Source of the DNA: Octopus bimaculoides
Lineage: Eukaryota
DNA: 64,000 nucleotides
Assembly (NCBI RefSeq): GCF_001194135.2
Contig: NC_068983.1
Span: forward strand, 134,491,879 to 134,555,878
Direction: 5' to 3'
In this document: piece after piece, positions 1 through 13,100 of the stretch
How positions within the stretch are numbered: the first letter of the stretch is position 1
How the letters are laid out: each line of letters opens with the position of its first letter
Notes under the pieces: model-generated
The model's input: the letters and a program-made list of their open reading frames with translations, nothing else
Told to the model about the DNA's origin: nothing
Database searches by the model: none
Position numbers and translations under genes: made by a program

Positions 1-1274
1 AGGTAACACTAGCTCCTGATCCATCATGCTTCAAAGGAAGGAAGTATGATCATGGCTAAACACCTTTAATGAGAAGTGCCCAATCAGGGTTGACCTGGTG
101 CTAGACAAGAACATTTTCGAGAGAGTGTTTTGGAAAATAACTTCATTTTGTCCAATCTTGTGAAGGATGAGTCTAGACATGATAAACTAATTCATGAATT
201 AAAGACACTCATAGTCTATACATAGCAAGCACAGCAACCATTGATTGAAGGACCCACTAGAATGTCATATGGTACATACAATCCTTTAAATCGATATTGT
301 GGAATTAAAGTCTAGGTCCATGATAATCCACACAAAGGCTTTTATCAGGTCTATTCAATCAGGATTGACCTGGTGCTAAATGAGAATTTGAAAGAATATT
401 TTAAATATATTTGAAAGAACTTATTTTCATTTTGCCAAATCTTTCAACAGAATTTTAGAGTATGTCATCATCATCATTTAACATTTGTCTTCCAAACAGG
501 AATGGATTGAACAGTTTGTTAGGATTCAACAAGCTACAGAACTGCATCAAGCTCCAACATGTTTTGGCAAGGTTTCTACAATTTACAGGCTGTAGATGCT
601 TTTTCATGACACATGCGCTAGTTAAGTAATAGCAGAGAGAGAGGTAGCTTTATGCCTGGTGCTGTGAAGCTTAAATGTGATAGAGGGACAAGCACAGGTG
701 TTTTGCAATAAAGGAGATACATGCTAGCCAACATTATACAAAAGTGAGTAGGAGCAGCTGGAAAGAAGACAATGGTGGTGATGACAAGGTGTTAGTGTGT
801 ACTTTCAAGACATGAGGTGAGTATAAGAGAATACAAAAAATTAGAAAGAGTGGGTAAGTTCACTAGAACATGAGAAGAGTGACAGATGGTTAAAGATGGA
901 AGCAGAGGCAAATGTAGTGAATGAAACAAGAGTGGAGGTTTGGTTGATGGCAAATAGCATAGTAGGGAAGAAATAGGAGTGGATCAGAAAGGAGGAGATG
1001 GTAAGCATTAGTACAGGAAGGGAGGAGAGTAGCAATATAAATCTATAGATAGATCAGAAAATATAAAAATAATAAGCAGGTGAGAGAGAGATGAGTAAGG
1101 GGCAACTATATTGAGTGGGGACAAAATTGGAGAAGGCCATCAACAGAAGACATGACAACGTTATGAGAATGAAGGGTGTGATAAAGGCAGTGCTCCAGCA
1201 TGGCCGCAGTCAAATAAGCAGGTGAGAGAGAGATGTACAGTGACAGAACTATGAAGGGACAACAAGTAAAAGAG

Positions 1275-1335
<61 letters not shown>

Positions 1336-1493
1336 GCACAAGATATACACGAGTCCATCTACCATTTCCACTCACAAAGCTTTGGTTGACCAGGGGCTCC
1401 AGTTGTGCCCAAAGTGTCACATAGTGAGGCTGGACCCGAGACCATTGGTTGGAAAGCAAGCTCCTTAACCACACACCCACATCTGCACCCACC

Positions 1494-1530
<37 letters not shown>

Positions 1531-1689
1531 TATAACAAAGCTAGTCAAAAGACTACATATAGGATAGGGGTTTCTTCAATGGTTAAATTTGAAATGAGAT
1601 TTAAAGTAGAATAAAGAACTGTAAATCAGTGACAGCCATAATTGACTTGAAGGAAGTTATATCAAGCTTACTGAATACAGTTCTATATT

Positions 1690-2655
1690 TAAGAGATGAA
1701 GAATTATGTACATTATTTACATTTGATGGATATTTGTCCTCATTTGTTTGTTGTTAACACAACGTTTCGGCTGATATACCCTCCAGCGTTCATCGGGTAT
1801 TTTTGGGAAATTTTGAATCTGGGTTCTCATTCCCAAGATATTTTTCGATATCATTATTCAGGTCACTATTCGGAATCGAACACAGAATCTTGGGGTTAGT
1901 AGCCCACACTCTTAACCACTACACCATATGGGCAGTTATGGGGTGAATTTTAGGGCTTATAAATCTAATATTTTCCTATCCTTCCTTAATACCGATTCCA
2001 ATATGCTATTCATATCTGCACTCAGTCTGCTTAGGAGGTTGTTGTGTCCTAGCATATGTGCTGCTTCTTTTAGTTTTCGTATTTTCCAGTGGTGTTCTCT
2101 GTTTATTATTTTAACTTCATCCCACAGGGGGAGGTGGAGTCCATTTTTCCATACATGATCAGCTATACCCAATTTATCAATATCTTCTTGTGTCACAGCT
2201 TTGCGATGTTCACCTACTCTTATTTTGAGGGGGCGACATGTTTCGCCTTCGTATAACCTACCACAGCTGCATGGGATGGAGTACATGCAATCTTTGGTCA
2301 TATTCTCTTCTATTGGTGGTTTTACTCGAAGGAGATATTTGCGAAGTGTTGTAGTACTCTTGAATACTGTCCTGATGTCATATGGACCGCATATCTTTTG
2401 TATCTTTTCGGAGACGCCTTTCACATAGGGTAGACAGACTGTGGACAGTTTATTGGTTTCATCCTCTGTTTTCTTCATAATTGGAGTGGATAATATGTTT
2501 TTGGGGTAGTTGTTGCTCAATAGATTGTTATTGAGCTTGATCAATTCTTCGTGGTGTGTATCACGACCGCTACTTATATTCTTTGCACGATGTTTTAGGC
2601 ATTGAGAAATCCCTCTCTTTACACTGTATGGATGGTGGGAATTGAAGTTTAGGTA
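1690..2655 (-). mobile_element. 5'-truncated Penelope-like retroelement (end of RT plus GIY-YIG endonuclease and 3' region)
   Basis: ORF 1957-2664 reads YLNFNSHHP...LPYVKGVSEKI...MYSIPCSCGRLYEGETCRPLKIRVGEH...IADHVW...RKLKEA, the Penelope RT C-terminus followed by a GIY-YIG nuclease. Confidence 0.9.
1756..1801 (-). ncRNA. Hammerhead ribozyme motif, core-mutated copy
   Basis: AAUAC-CCGAUGA-A-CGCUG...CAGCC-GAAACGUU-GUGUU; U4>C and G10.1>C relative to the other copies. Confidence 0.6.
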
Positions 2656-3146
2656 CCGTCGCAAAGCTGTGACACAAGGAGATATTGATAAATCGGGTGT
2701 AGCTGATCATGTATGGAAAGATGGAGACCACTTCCCCCTGTGGGTTGAAGTTAAAATAATAGATAGAGAACACCACTGGAAAATACAAAAACTAAAAGAA
2801 GCATGTACGCTAGGACACAGCAACTTCCTAAGCAGATCAAGTGCAAATATGAATAGCATATGAGAACCGGTATTAAGGAAGGATAAGAAAATATTAGATT
2901 TATAAGTGCTAAAATTCACCCCATAATTGCCCACGGGCATATGGCGTAATGGTTAAGAGTGCGGTCTACTAACACCAAGATTACAAGTTCAGTTCCAAGC
3001 AGTGACCTGAATAATAATAATATCGAAAAATACCTTAGGAATGAGAACCCAGGTTCGAAATTTCCCCAAGACACCTGATGAAGGCTGGAGGATATATGAG
3101 CTGAAACGTTGTGTCAACAACAAACAAGATGAGGACAAATATCCAT
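2656..3146 (+). mobile_element. Inverted partial copy of the same Penelope-like 3' end (inverted pseudo-LTR)
   Basis: Reads RKAVTQGDIDKSGVADHVWKDG...KLKEA on +; reverse-complementary to about 1726-2210 (9 mismatches in one 94-nt stretch compared by eye); directly abuts the 5' end of the minus copy. Confidence 0.88.
3070..3115 (+). ncRNA. Minimal type I hammerhead ribozyme motif (near-intact)
   Basis: GACAC-CUGAUGA-A-GGCU(g...g)AGCU-GAAA-CGU-U-GUGUC. Stem I is GACAC/GUGUC, the core is CUGAUGA...GAAA, stem III is the palindrome ACGU, and the predicted GUU cleavage is after 3110. Activity is untested. Confidence 0.75.
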
Positions 3147-3504
3147 GAACTGTATTATATAATCGGTACAAAGCAGACATTAGACTTCAATGGAGACATA
3201 TAGAGAAACTCCACAAAAAAACTAGCTAGTCTTTCCAACCATCTAACTTTCTTGTGTAGATGTAGAGACTCAAAGCTAATACCACCTGGCTTGAATATGA
3301 CACCAGTGGATTCATATAAAGCGAGAAGAATAACGGAAAGGGCAGGACATGCCCTCGTCTGTGAGAGGATCTATTACAACCATTGGAAAAAAAGAACTAA
3401 ATGACAAAAATCAAAGAAAGGCTATCTTTATTACTTAGGAAAATAACCAGAGATGATGATAGAAAGAGAATCCAACAAGATCTAGAAAAGTCATACATGA
3501 AAGA

Positions 3505-3620
3505 ATTAGGAATGAGAACCCAGGTTTGAAATTTCGCGAAGACACCTGACGAAGGCTGGAGGGTATATCAGCCAAAATGTGGTAACAAACAAGATGAGGA
3601 CAAATATCTGTCAAATGTAA
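3505..3620 (+). mobile_element. Third, short copy of the Penelope-like 3' end with a decayed hammerhead (3541-3582)
   Basis: ttaggaatgagaacccagg...GACAC CTGACGA A GGCTG...CAGCC AAAA...aagatgaggacaaatatc; GAAA is mutated to AAAA and the 3' strand of stem I is lost. Confidence 0.7.
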
Positions 3621-3802
3621 ATGATGTTTTAGAGGTTGAAATAGTAAACTGATTATCTTTGATTTTCTTTTCACTCTATTAATGCATATTTAAAAGAAAT
3701 CTAATTGATGGATGGAAAATACAAAATATGTTTTGAAATTCTTCAAAAGCAAAAGATATGTTGCAAATTAAGGTATTAGTACTGTAAATTATAACTACTT
3801 AC

Positions 3803-4128
3803 TTCAGTCATCAAAGGTTTTAAATAAAGTTCATGTTGTTGTCCAACAACCCAATGTGCATATCGACTAAGTGTCCAACAGGTAATGGATCTGACTAATG
3901 CTTTCTTATCTGCTAAACAATTGATCAAGTAAGGAATAAGTTCAGGTAAATGAGGAACCATCCCTGTCATGCAGCCTTCAGCAATGGCGCCAAGCACTAA
4001 AATACCAGATTCCTTAATGTCCCAGTCTTCATGAAATAAAGTTTCTTTCAGGATTGGTAATAGAATTGGCAGCAGTTCATCACGGAATACATTAGCAAGA
4101 ACATCCAAAGCGGCAGCAGAACATTTAC
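3803..4128 (-). CDS. TNPO1: Transportin coding exon 10 (326 nt)
   Basis: (R)[52 protein letters not shown]...[32 protein letters not shown]; TAG acceptor, GTAAGT donor. Confidence 0.97.
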
Positions 4129-7100
4129 CTATAAACATAAGACATTAAATTTATTAAAGCTGTTGGAAATGATTAAAGGTTAATACTTCTACCAACTTTT
4201 ACCACCATTTTTTTTAAATAATATCATCATCATTTAACATCCATCTTCCATGCATACATGGGTAGGACAGTTGATAGGAGCCAACCAGGTAGAAAAACTA
4301 CCCTAGGCTGTTTTGGCAGGGATTTTACAGCCAGATGCCCTTCCTAACACCAACCACTCCACAGAGTGGAATCAGTGCTTTTTACGTGGCACTAGTACAT
4401 GCAAACTTAGTTTTGGCAAGATTTTTTTAAAGCTGGATGCCCTTCTAAATGTCAACCACGTTACAGTGTGGACTGGATGCTTTTAACGTGGCAGCAGCAA
4501 TGGAAGGGTAACCAAGTAACTCACAAGACAAGGAATTATGAGAGGGGCAGGGCATTTGAGGAGGGGAACTTGTGTTAAAGGACGAAAGGTAAGAGTGTGA
4601 AAAAGAGACAGAAAGACAGAAGCAGGTGTCTTTGCCACAACAGAGGGGGCATTAGAGGAGATGATATAATATCAAATAAAAGGTTACAGTGTAACAGAAA
4701 TACAGAGGCAGAAATAGGTGTCTTGCTATAGAAGAGGTACATGGTTACCCAATGAGAGAGAAAGAGAGGAACCAGAAAGAAGCCAGAAACAAGTGTGCTG
4801 ATGTTAATGTGATACTTGGTTACCTAGTCAAGAAAAACAAAGGAAGGAGAGAGAGTAAGAAACAGCAAAAGTGTAAGAGAGTAGAAGAGAGATGACGTAG
4901 TGCTAAGGTAGACACATGATTAGAAAAATAGTGTGCGGGTGTGTGGTGAGCACAGCAGTGAGGGCAAGAAAAGGGATTGGAAAACAATCATAATTTATGA
5001 AGAGGAAATGTGAGGAAGAGAAAGATGCAGTTAGGAGAGGAGTTGTAATTTGATTTCTTAGGGTAGAGAGGGTGAAAAGTGTGTTGTTACATGTGGTGCG
5101 ACACAACTCTTCTAGCACACAGTTTTGTGGAAGGGTCTTCTCTAGGACCGCATATCACCAAACTTCTTGGTCCACTGTCATTTCCTCCATGAACTCCAAT
5201 ATCCTAAGATCAGTCCTCACCGCTTTTCCCATGTCTTCCCGGGTCTCCCTCTCCCACAGGTACCGTCCACTTTCAGCAACAGGCACTTCTGTATACAGCT
5301 GTCTTCACTCATACACATCACATGTCCAAACCAATGCAGTCTCCTCTCCTGCGTACCACATTTAATCCCTCTTATGCCAAACTTTTCTCTCAATACAGTT
5401 GTGCTTTGTCAGTCATGTACACTGATGTTGCAAATCCAATGGAGCATACTATCTTCATTCCTCTCCAGCCTACATGTCCTCCGCAGTCAGAGCCCATGAC
5501 TCACTACCATGTAACATAGCCACTCTCACACAAAATGTTTATCATAATTTAAATACAATTATCACTTTAATATATGACTTAAGTACAACAAAACAGCCAG
5601 TAAAAACTTTCCTCTATAAATAGCTATGGAAAGATCATTCATCATTGTTTAATGTCCACTTTCCATGCGTTAGACGATTTGACTGAGGACTGGTGAACCG
5701 GATGGCTGCACCAGGCTCCAATCTGATCTGGCAGAGTTTCTACAGCTGAATGCCCTTCCTAACGCCAACCACTCCGAGAGTGTAGTTGGTGCTTTTACAT
5801 GCCGCTGGCTTAAGGGTCAGTCAAGCAGTACTGGCAACAGCCATGCTCAAAATGGTGTTTTTTACGTGCCACCTGCACAGGAGCTAGTCCAGCAGCACTG
5901 GCAACAACCTCGCTCAAATGTCTTTTCACGTGCCATCGGCACAAGTGCCAGGAAGTGACGCTGGTAACGATCATTATCAACAAAAAAAAAAAAAAAGTTT
6001 AAAAGTGGAAAATAGTGCAATGTCTCTCGAATACAAAATAAAAGACTTACGTAAGTTCCAATCAGACAGACTGTCGTCATCATCAAAACCTTCATCAGAA
6101 TATTCCCCATCCTATAATATAAAAGTACTCAATATTAGGCAATAGAACAATGCTCTTTCATATAATCACCTATATATCCCTAATTTTCAGTCATACTGTT
6201 TAATACATTTAACCCTAATAATATTAAACCACATCAGATCACTCATATGAAAGTGTTCATATTTAAAGTAAAATGTCAAAATTTCATAAAATGAAATTTT
6301 AGTAGGTCAACAATCTAATGTACAAATAGAATACGATACAAATATTTTATTAAACTTTTTCCAAAATCTGATTATATTGAAATTAAAAGTGAAACACAAA
6401 ATTAAGAAATACAGTTCTGAAAGAGTTAAACCAATTCTGAATCAATTCCCCTAAGAATAAAGGTATAAATGGCATTTTCATAGAGTGAAACAAAAATGTA
6501 ATGTGTACCAAAGAATTGAATCTCTTTACATACTACAATGAAACTTTTCTATTAAGGAAACTATTATTTGCACAAAAGTAGTATACAAACCTCTTCTCCT
6601 TCTTGATGTTTTTGGCTGTGAGTCCTAGATCGGTGAAATCTAGGTTTTATATCAGATTCTTTATCAGGGACAGTAGCATCTTCTTCAACATCACCCTGCA
6701 CACAAAACAATGACCATAGGATAAATTCATTACATTGAAACAAATTAAGCATATAAAACTCAATAGTATTTGATCATTTAACAGTAAATAATAACTAACC
6801 TTTAATAAAATAATATCAATTTCAGAATATTTCATTCCTTTCACTAAAATAGGAACTAGCCTCATAATATGAGGAGCCAAAACATCTTTACAAATTGGTT
6901 GTTCAGCAAGAGAAAGCCAAAACTCACAAGCTTCCAGGGAAACTGCATCATCATCATCTTGAGTGCGTAACATCATATACTGCAATCAAATACAAAGATA
7001 TGACAATTACATGCACCTTTTTCTTCCCTGTCTGGCAAAATTTCAAGAACCAGCCAAGTGTAAGGCAACAAAATCATAATACTTACTCCAATGATGTCAT

Positions 7101-10100
7101 TTATGTGGGGTATTAAGCGATCCATTCTCACTTCAACAAGCATCACCAGAGCACGGCAAACATTCTTACGAACCTCAGTATCTTCATCACTTGCCAAGTA
7201 AAAGAGATTCTACAAAATATCAAAATATTTTATTACACTAAGAACTGATAGTAATGATTTAGATACAATTCTTTCATTGAAAAACAAAACCAAAACTAAA
7301 AATGACAGAACAAGTATCAAGTTAAAAGGACAGAAATTATGAATATTAGATGGAATTATAGTGGTTTTGCTTTTCTAAACACCTTGATCAGTTAATGAGT
7401 CAATGTAAAGAAATATTTTCAAATCTATTTTGTAAAGTTATTTTTTCATGCTTTCACAATATTTGTAATGAAATGCACTGCCTGTGTATTTCAATAATTT
7501 GAAGGGATTAGATAAATGACATTTGTTTTAAGGTTTCATTAAATATGTTTTATTACAGGACCAGAGCAAGTATCAACCACAAACAGGTTGGTATCAAATG
7601 GATTAAACCATTTTATTAGCAACTAATCAATATTCAACTAAGAACTTTGAACAACAACTTTGAAGTTGTAATCAAATGATAATGAAAAGGTTAAGAGAAA
7701 ACATATTTATCAGAGATGTCAAATATATTTTTTCATGTTAGCATTATTGGAAAAGAACAAGGAAACCACAAAAAAAAAAACACTGTTACATGACTAATGA
7801 TCTCTGCAATTTTGAAATTCTTACAATTTCAAGAAAGATCATGATTCTTACAGCTAGTTAATAGCATTCTGATTGTTGAAAATTTCACATAAATCTTAAA
7901 ACTGAGAGAATTACTTATGAAACCCTAAATTTGCTAAATATGCCCAGATAAAAGCCCGACCATTTAGACAGTTACATACATTGTAATAGTTTACAATATT
8001 AGAATTCAGAGTTTAAAGCTTTCATTAGGTTGTATAATGAGCACAAGTTTACTAATAATAAATAAAAACAATTTATAAGGTGTTAACATATTTGTTACCA
8101 AATTTCTATTGAAATACACTTCATGTGTTTTAATTCTAAAAATGATGAAAAATTTAGCAAAATAACATTGCTATTGAGCTGGTGTTTAAAACATAAGCAT
8201 GCAATTTTGATGGAAGTTTTTAATTGTATATTTCTTCAAAGCTTTTAACATAAAAGCAGGGATAGTCTCAAGCAGGTTGGTATCAAAAAGGTTAAAAATG
8301 AAATAGATGTCTGCAGTTATTGTAAACAAAATTAGTTAAAAGGCCAACCTACTTCAATAAAGGAATCAATGTGCATCATCAAGGCCTGAGTCCGACTTAT
8401 GATGAACTGGTTGACACAAGCAATGGCATGTGAACTGAAAAAAAAAGTGTATTACTTAAATGGTCAGAAAATTTTAAATTGTCTTTTTCATTTAGTGGAA
8501 ATAAATTAACTTTCAATTGAAATGCACCTTAGTTGTTCACAAACTTTAAAAATGCAATAAAAAGAATAAAATGGTGACAGAGACCCTGTATGGTCACTGC
8601 AAGATGGCTTAAAACCAGTGGAAAAAAAATACATAGAAACAAGTCTCAATAAGACACATTTTACGATCAGCTTTGTGTCACATCAAATTTTATAAAGAAC
8701 AAAGGTGATTATTTAAAACTAAACAAATGTGAAACCCGTGAAAATGATAGCAAAAAAAAAAAAAAAAAAAAAACTACTAGCTAATACAAATTGATTATTT
8801 CTTGTGTCAGACATGCTATCTAAAATATTAGTTCAATGTCATTATAATGGAAAATGTTTGAAATAGTAAGCCAGCAGTAAACTTTTAAAACTTTGCAAAT
8901 TTAAGTTTACAGCCTTCTATTAAGATTTAAGAAAAGAAATAACCTAAAATTCTCTGAGAAATTACTGTTCACTTAAACTTAGTGTAAAAGACTACATTAG
9001 AAGCAACTTGTCTTTGAAGAATAGATGGTAAACAAATAGTTTCAATATGCGAGAACATGAAAACAAAAGGAAAGATATTTTTTGAAAACTTACCGAATTT
9101 TTGCACTGTTGTGTTTAAAAAAGTGAAGAAACTTTGGTATAAGTATATTAAGCGGTCGATTTACAAGATCACTGTCAAGTGCTTCCGTAGAATCTTCACA
9201 GATCTTCTGCATTGCACCAAAAGCACCCTGAAATAAAATTTAGAAATGATTGTTGCTATTCTATTTAGCTTTTTCTTTAAAGAAAAACAACAGTAGTGTG
9301 TGTCCCAGTCTGTGAAACTGAGCAAGCCAATCTCTCTCACTAGTTAAACTAGAAATATCCACTGGTTATGAATGGGAAATACTCAGTAACAGATAAAACA
9401 TGAGGTTAATTAGTAGCATAAATTATCTAAAGGAAAATATTGAAAGGAATTTGTTAAACCTCCTCTAACAGTTATATACTTTGAGAGTATTACCTCACAA
9501 ACACTGTAATCTTCTGAGTCTAGGCATTGACAAAGACTGGGTAACAGTTCTGGCCAGTTTCTCAACTCCCCTTTCGCCACTATAGTTGTGATCAGAATGC
9601 CAATTGTGGCCCGAATTAACGGAGAAGAATCGCCAATACTCTGTAAACATTCTGATTTGATGAAATTAGTGACTTCTGAAGGGAATTTCTCAAAGTGAGC
9701 TCGAACATTGTTTTTGAGGATGAGACCACTGAGTGACCGAGTTGGATCATCTGCAATAAAAATAATTGAATAGAATTAGAATATCAAGATATCATAAATT
9801 GAACTCAGCTTTAAATTTAACAAGGTAAAAAAAAAAAAAAACAACACTTTTTTAAGAAAATTTACAGATTTGGAATATAAAGAAGCTGGAAATGTTGCTA
9901 TGTTGTTATAGTCCCCTACAATAAGAGATAGGAGGAACTCACTTAGGTTATAAATCTGACACAAACGAACATTTAAATGAAAGGTATAAAACTGAAAAGA
10001 AATTTGCTAACTTACACCAACATATTCAGAATCTGTAATATCTTATCAGCTAAACTAACAATTCAATGTTTCAAAAAAGTACACTGGCTCATATTCAAAT

Positions 10101-13100
10101 GCCACTGGTCACATCTCCTTTCATTAAATAATTACTAAATCCATCATCTTCCTCCTTACCAGCAACATCAGAAATTCAATTATAATCCACTCAACAAACG
10201 ACATACACCCAAAAGACAAGAATATTAGGAATTATTACATTCAGCACCGCTATAACTTCTCAAATCATGTAGCATAGGAAGTAAAAACATCCCTAAAGTA
10301 ATCACAAAAACACATTCAGCCAAAACAAAAAAAGCCACAAAATTAGTGTCCAAACACTATTCTATCCATTTGAGATTTTCTAATCTTACTACACCAAATC
10401 AAATTACTGGAAATACACTGCACTTCTGCATTCTCAGACTGCATATTGACTGCACCTATAGATCACCTGAACATGCAAAAGGCAGTTTATTGCATCACGC
10501 TCCAACTTCAATACTCTCTGCCACTGTGTGCACACTCATCACCAAACAAAAACCACATTAACTTCACTACTCAGCCCATACAATTAAAAATAGCATCAAT
10601 AACATCACTAGCACCGGGATGCGCAACACAAATAAGTACAGAAAAGCAACAACAGCTGTCACATCATGACTGAGTCGACCATCAGAAACTAGACATACAA
10701 AAACAATAGAGATAATCACAACACACCTCGACTACAAAACTGTATTACATAAATTAACCACTGTATACCAGAATTTGCTATATTATCCTCAGTTAGATAG
10801 AGGTATGGCATACAGATTGCACCTAGTCAACAGGCTAATTATTTACGTGCCACAAATATGCTTGATTAGGGCTATACAACTAGTCTAGAAACCATTGAAT
10901 GAAGATAACTTTTTTAATATAAAAACTGTTTTTCAATATTTTACAACTTCTGACTTGCTGAAAAACTATGCTATAGATTATTCAATAGTCTGAATGCAAA
11001 AAAAAAAAAATTATTCATTAAAAATTCATACAAACAAATTAACATGATTTTAATATTTTCATCACATCACACATTGTTAATTGACAGTTTAATACTACTC
11101 CAGCAAACTTACTTTAAAAGAAGCTAACAGCAATTATTTAAAACTGAAAAATAAATGACTAATATTTTATTAAAATTGTAATAAATGCACATGTAAACTT
11201 TCATAACACAATCTTTGGATAACAAGTCCCAATATAGATAATTAAGACTAATATATTTTAAGAAATAACACTGCCATTTCCTTAGTCAGAACTGACATTG
11301 AATTCATTATTTTCTCTCTTAAAATAATTCTTGTTAATAAATGAAACTAAAAATTCTCATGAATATGATAACTAACAACTGTTGGAATCTAAGTGAATGT
11401 AAAACAAAAAGTATAAATAATTGCTAAAGGAGATGACAAATGACTAATAAATGATGAGACACTGTACCAGATGACACATCAAATCCATGCAAGCTTGGAA
11501 AAAAGCTAACATTAAATCATATTTAATGTACTAAAACATATCTCCATTTAATGTTCATTATCTATGCTGGCATGAGTTGAATGGTTTGACAGGAGCTAGC
11601 AAGCCAGAGAGTTGCACTAGGTTTTTTTTTTCTTTTATAAGGCACCAGCACTGATGCTTTATACGTGGCAGTAGCATCAGTGGGGTTGCCAAGTAACTTG
11701 CAAGTCAAAAACCTCTCAGCTGAGAGAAGTGGCTGTGTGCCAGAGGTGAGATGAGAATATAATAGAGGGGCAGAGACAGTTGTCTTACTATAGAGACATT
11801 TGGCAACCTTTGTAGAACAATGAAGGAGAGGAAGGTTAGAGAGAAAGAGAACCAGTCAAAGAGAGAGAGAGAGAACTATATGCTGTTGGAGGTGCAATGG
11901 GACCAACACACAGGGAACAGTGGGGTGGGGGAGTATAAAAACACATTTGAATATGTTAAACATCATTTTATGTCCATGATATAATTCATTCAGATAATGG
12001 ATAGAAAAAGAGATATCTGAACCGATTATGTAGAATAATTTCACAAATATCCAAACCAAACAATTTGCAACTACTTTCTTAAAAGAGTCTAATCTCTTGA
12101 TTTTGACAGTGGCAGACACCACCGGAAAGAACGGGCAAGTCAGTCAAAATCTACCAAGGAAAACAAATATCATCATCATTTAACGTCAGTTGTTCATGCT
12201 GGCATGGGTTGGATGGTTTGACTGGGCTGGCAAACTGGAAGGCTGCACCAGACTCCAGTCTGATTTGGCATGGTTTTCTATGGCTGGATGCCCTTCCTAA
12301 AGCCAACCACTCCAAGAGTGTAATGAGTGCTTTTACATGCCACCAGCATGGGTTCTATTTGCGTGACACTGGTATCTGCCACAACTGCAATTTTGCCCAG
12401 TTTGATGGGTCTTCTCAAGCACAACATAATGCCAATGGTCTTGGTCACTGTCTCTGTGAAACCAAACACTTGAAAGGACTCCTAAATAATATTTGTCTAA
12501 AAACAATAAAAAAAAAAGACATAAGATATTGTAGTTCTAGATAGTCCTTCAATTGAGATGGTCACAACTAGAAAGCCTTTAATCACAGAGCAACACTATG
12601 TCCCTAATTCCAATCCACCAGATCCAAATCATTGTCTACTTCTTACTTATCACTCCATTTCTTCTACTGAGCCAGAATCTGAGTGTGTAATTGGAATGAA
12701 AACTGAAGCATCTTTTATCTTTAATCAACATGTATCAATAATGTGAAATTCAACCAGTTTTTAATTCAAAACCTCCAATAACCACTATTTACATACAATA
12801 CAACTATGCTGAACTTTCATTAGCACTTCAAACACTAGCTATTTATATTTGCCAATTAGTTGAACTTCCACTAATTTTACACAAATTATCATTCGGTTTT
12901 TACCAACAGTTGACCCCCCACTATCACCTGTGTAACAAAGTATAATTCTCCATGTAATGACCAAATTTATTTCCAATTATTTGAAAAACCAAGAACTCAA
13001 TACTTTAAAGTAGCTTACATACAAATGCAAATACTTCTATTTCACTGTGGGGACACACAAAAAATGGTAATCAAAGACTGAGAAAAAGAAAACACTCCTA

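Noticed and set aside
80-440. Repeated aatcagg(g/a)ttgacctggtgcta...ttcattttg blocks about 275 bp apart
   Set aside because: Short, diverged and probably fragments of a dispersed repeat; no further structure is supportable.
1861-1932. tRNA-like module as a real tRNA-Ser gene
   Set aside because: The acceptor stem does not form and the module is embedded in the Penelope 3' region; it is reported as a Pol III-like module instead.
1-3802. Next transportin exon (expected LLKRILD...)
   Set aside because: Not found in the ORF track or by reading; it presumably lies left of the window.
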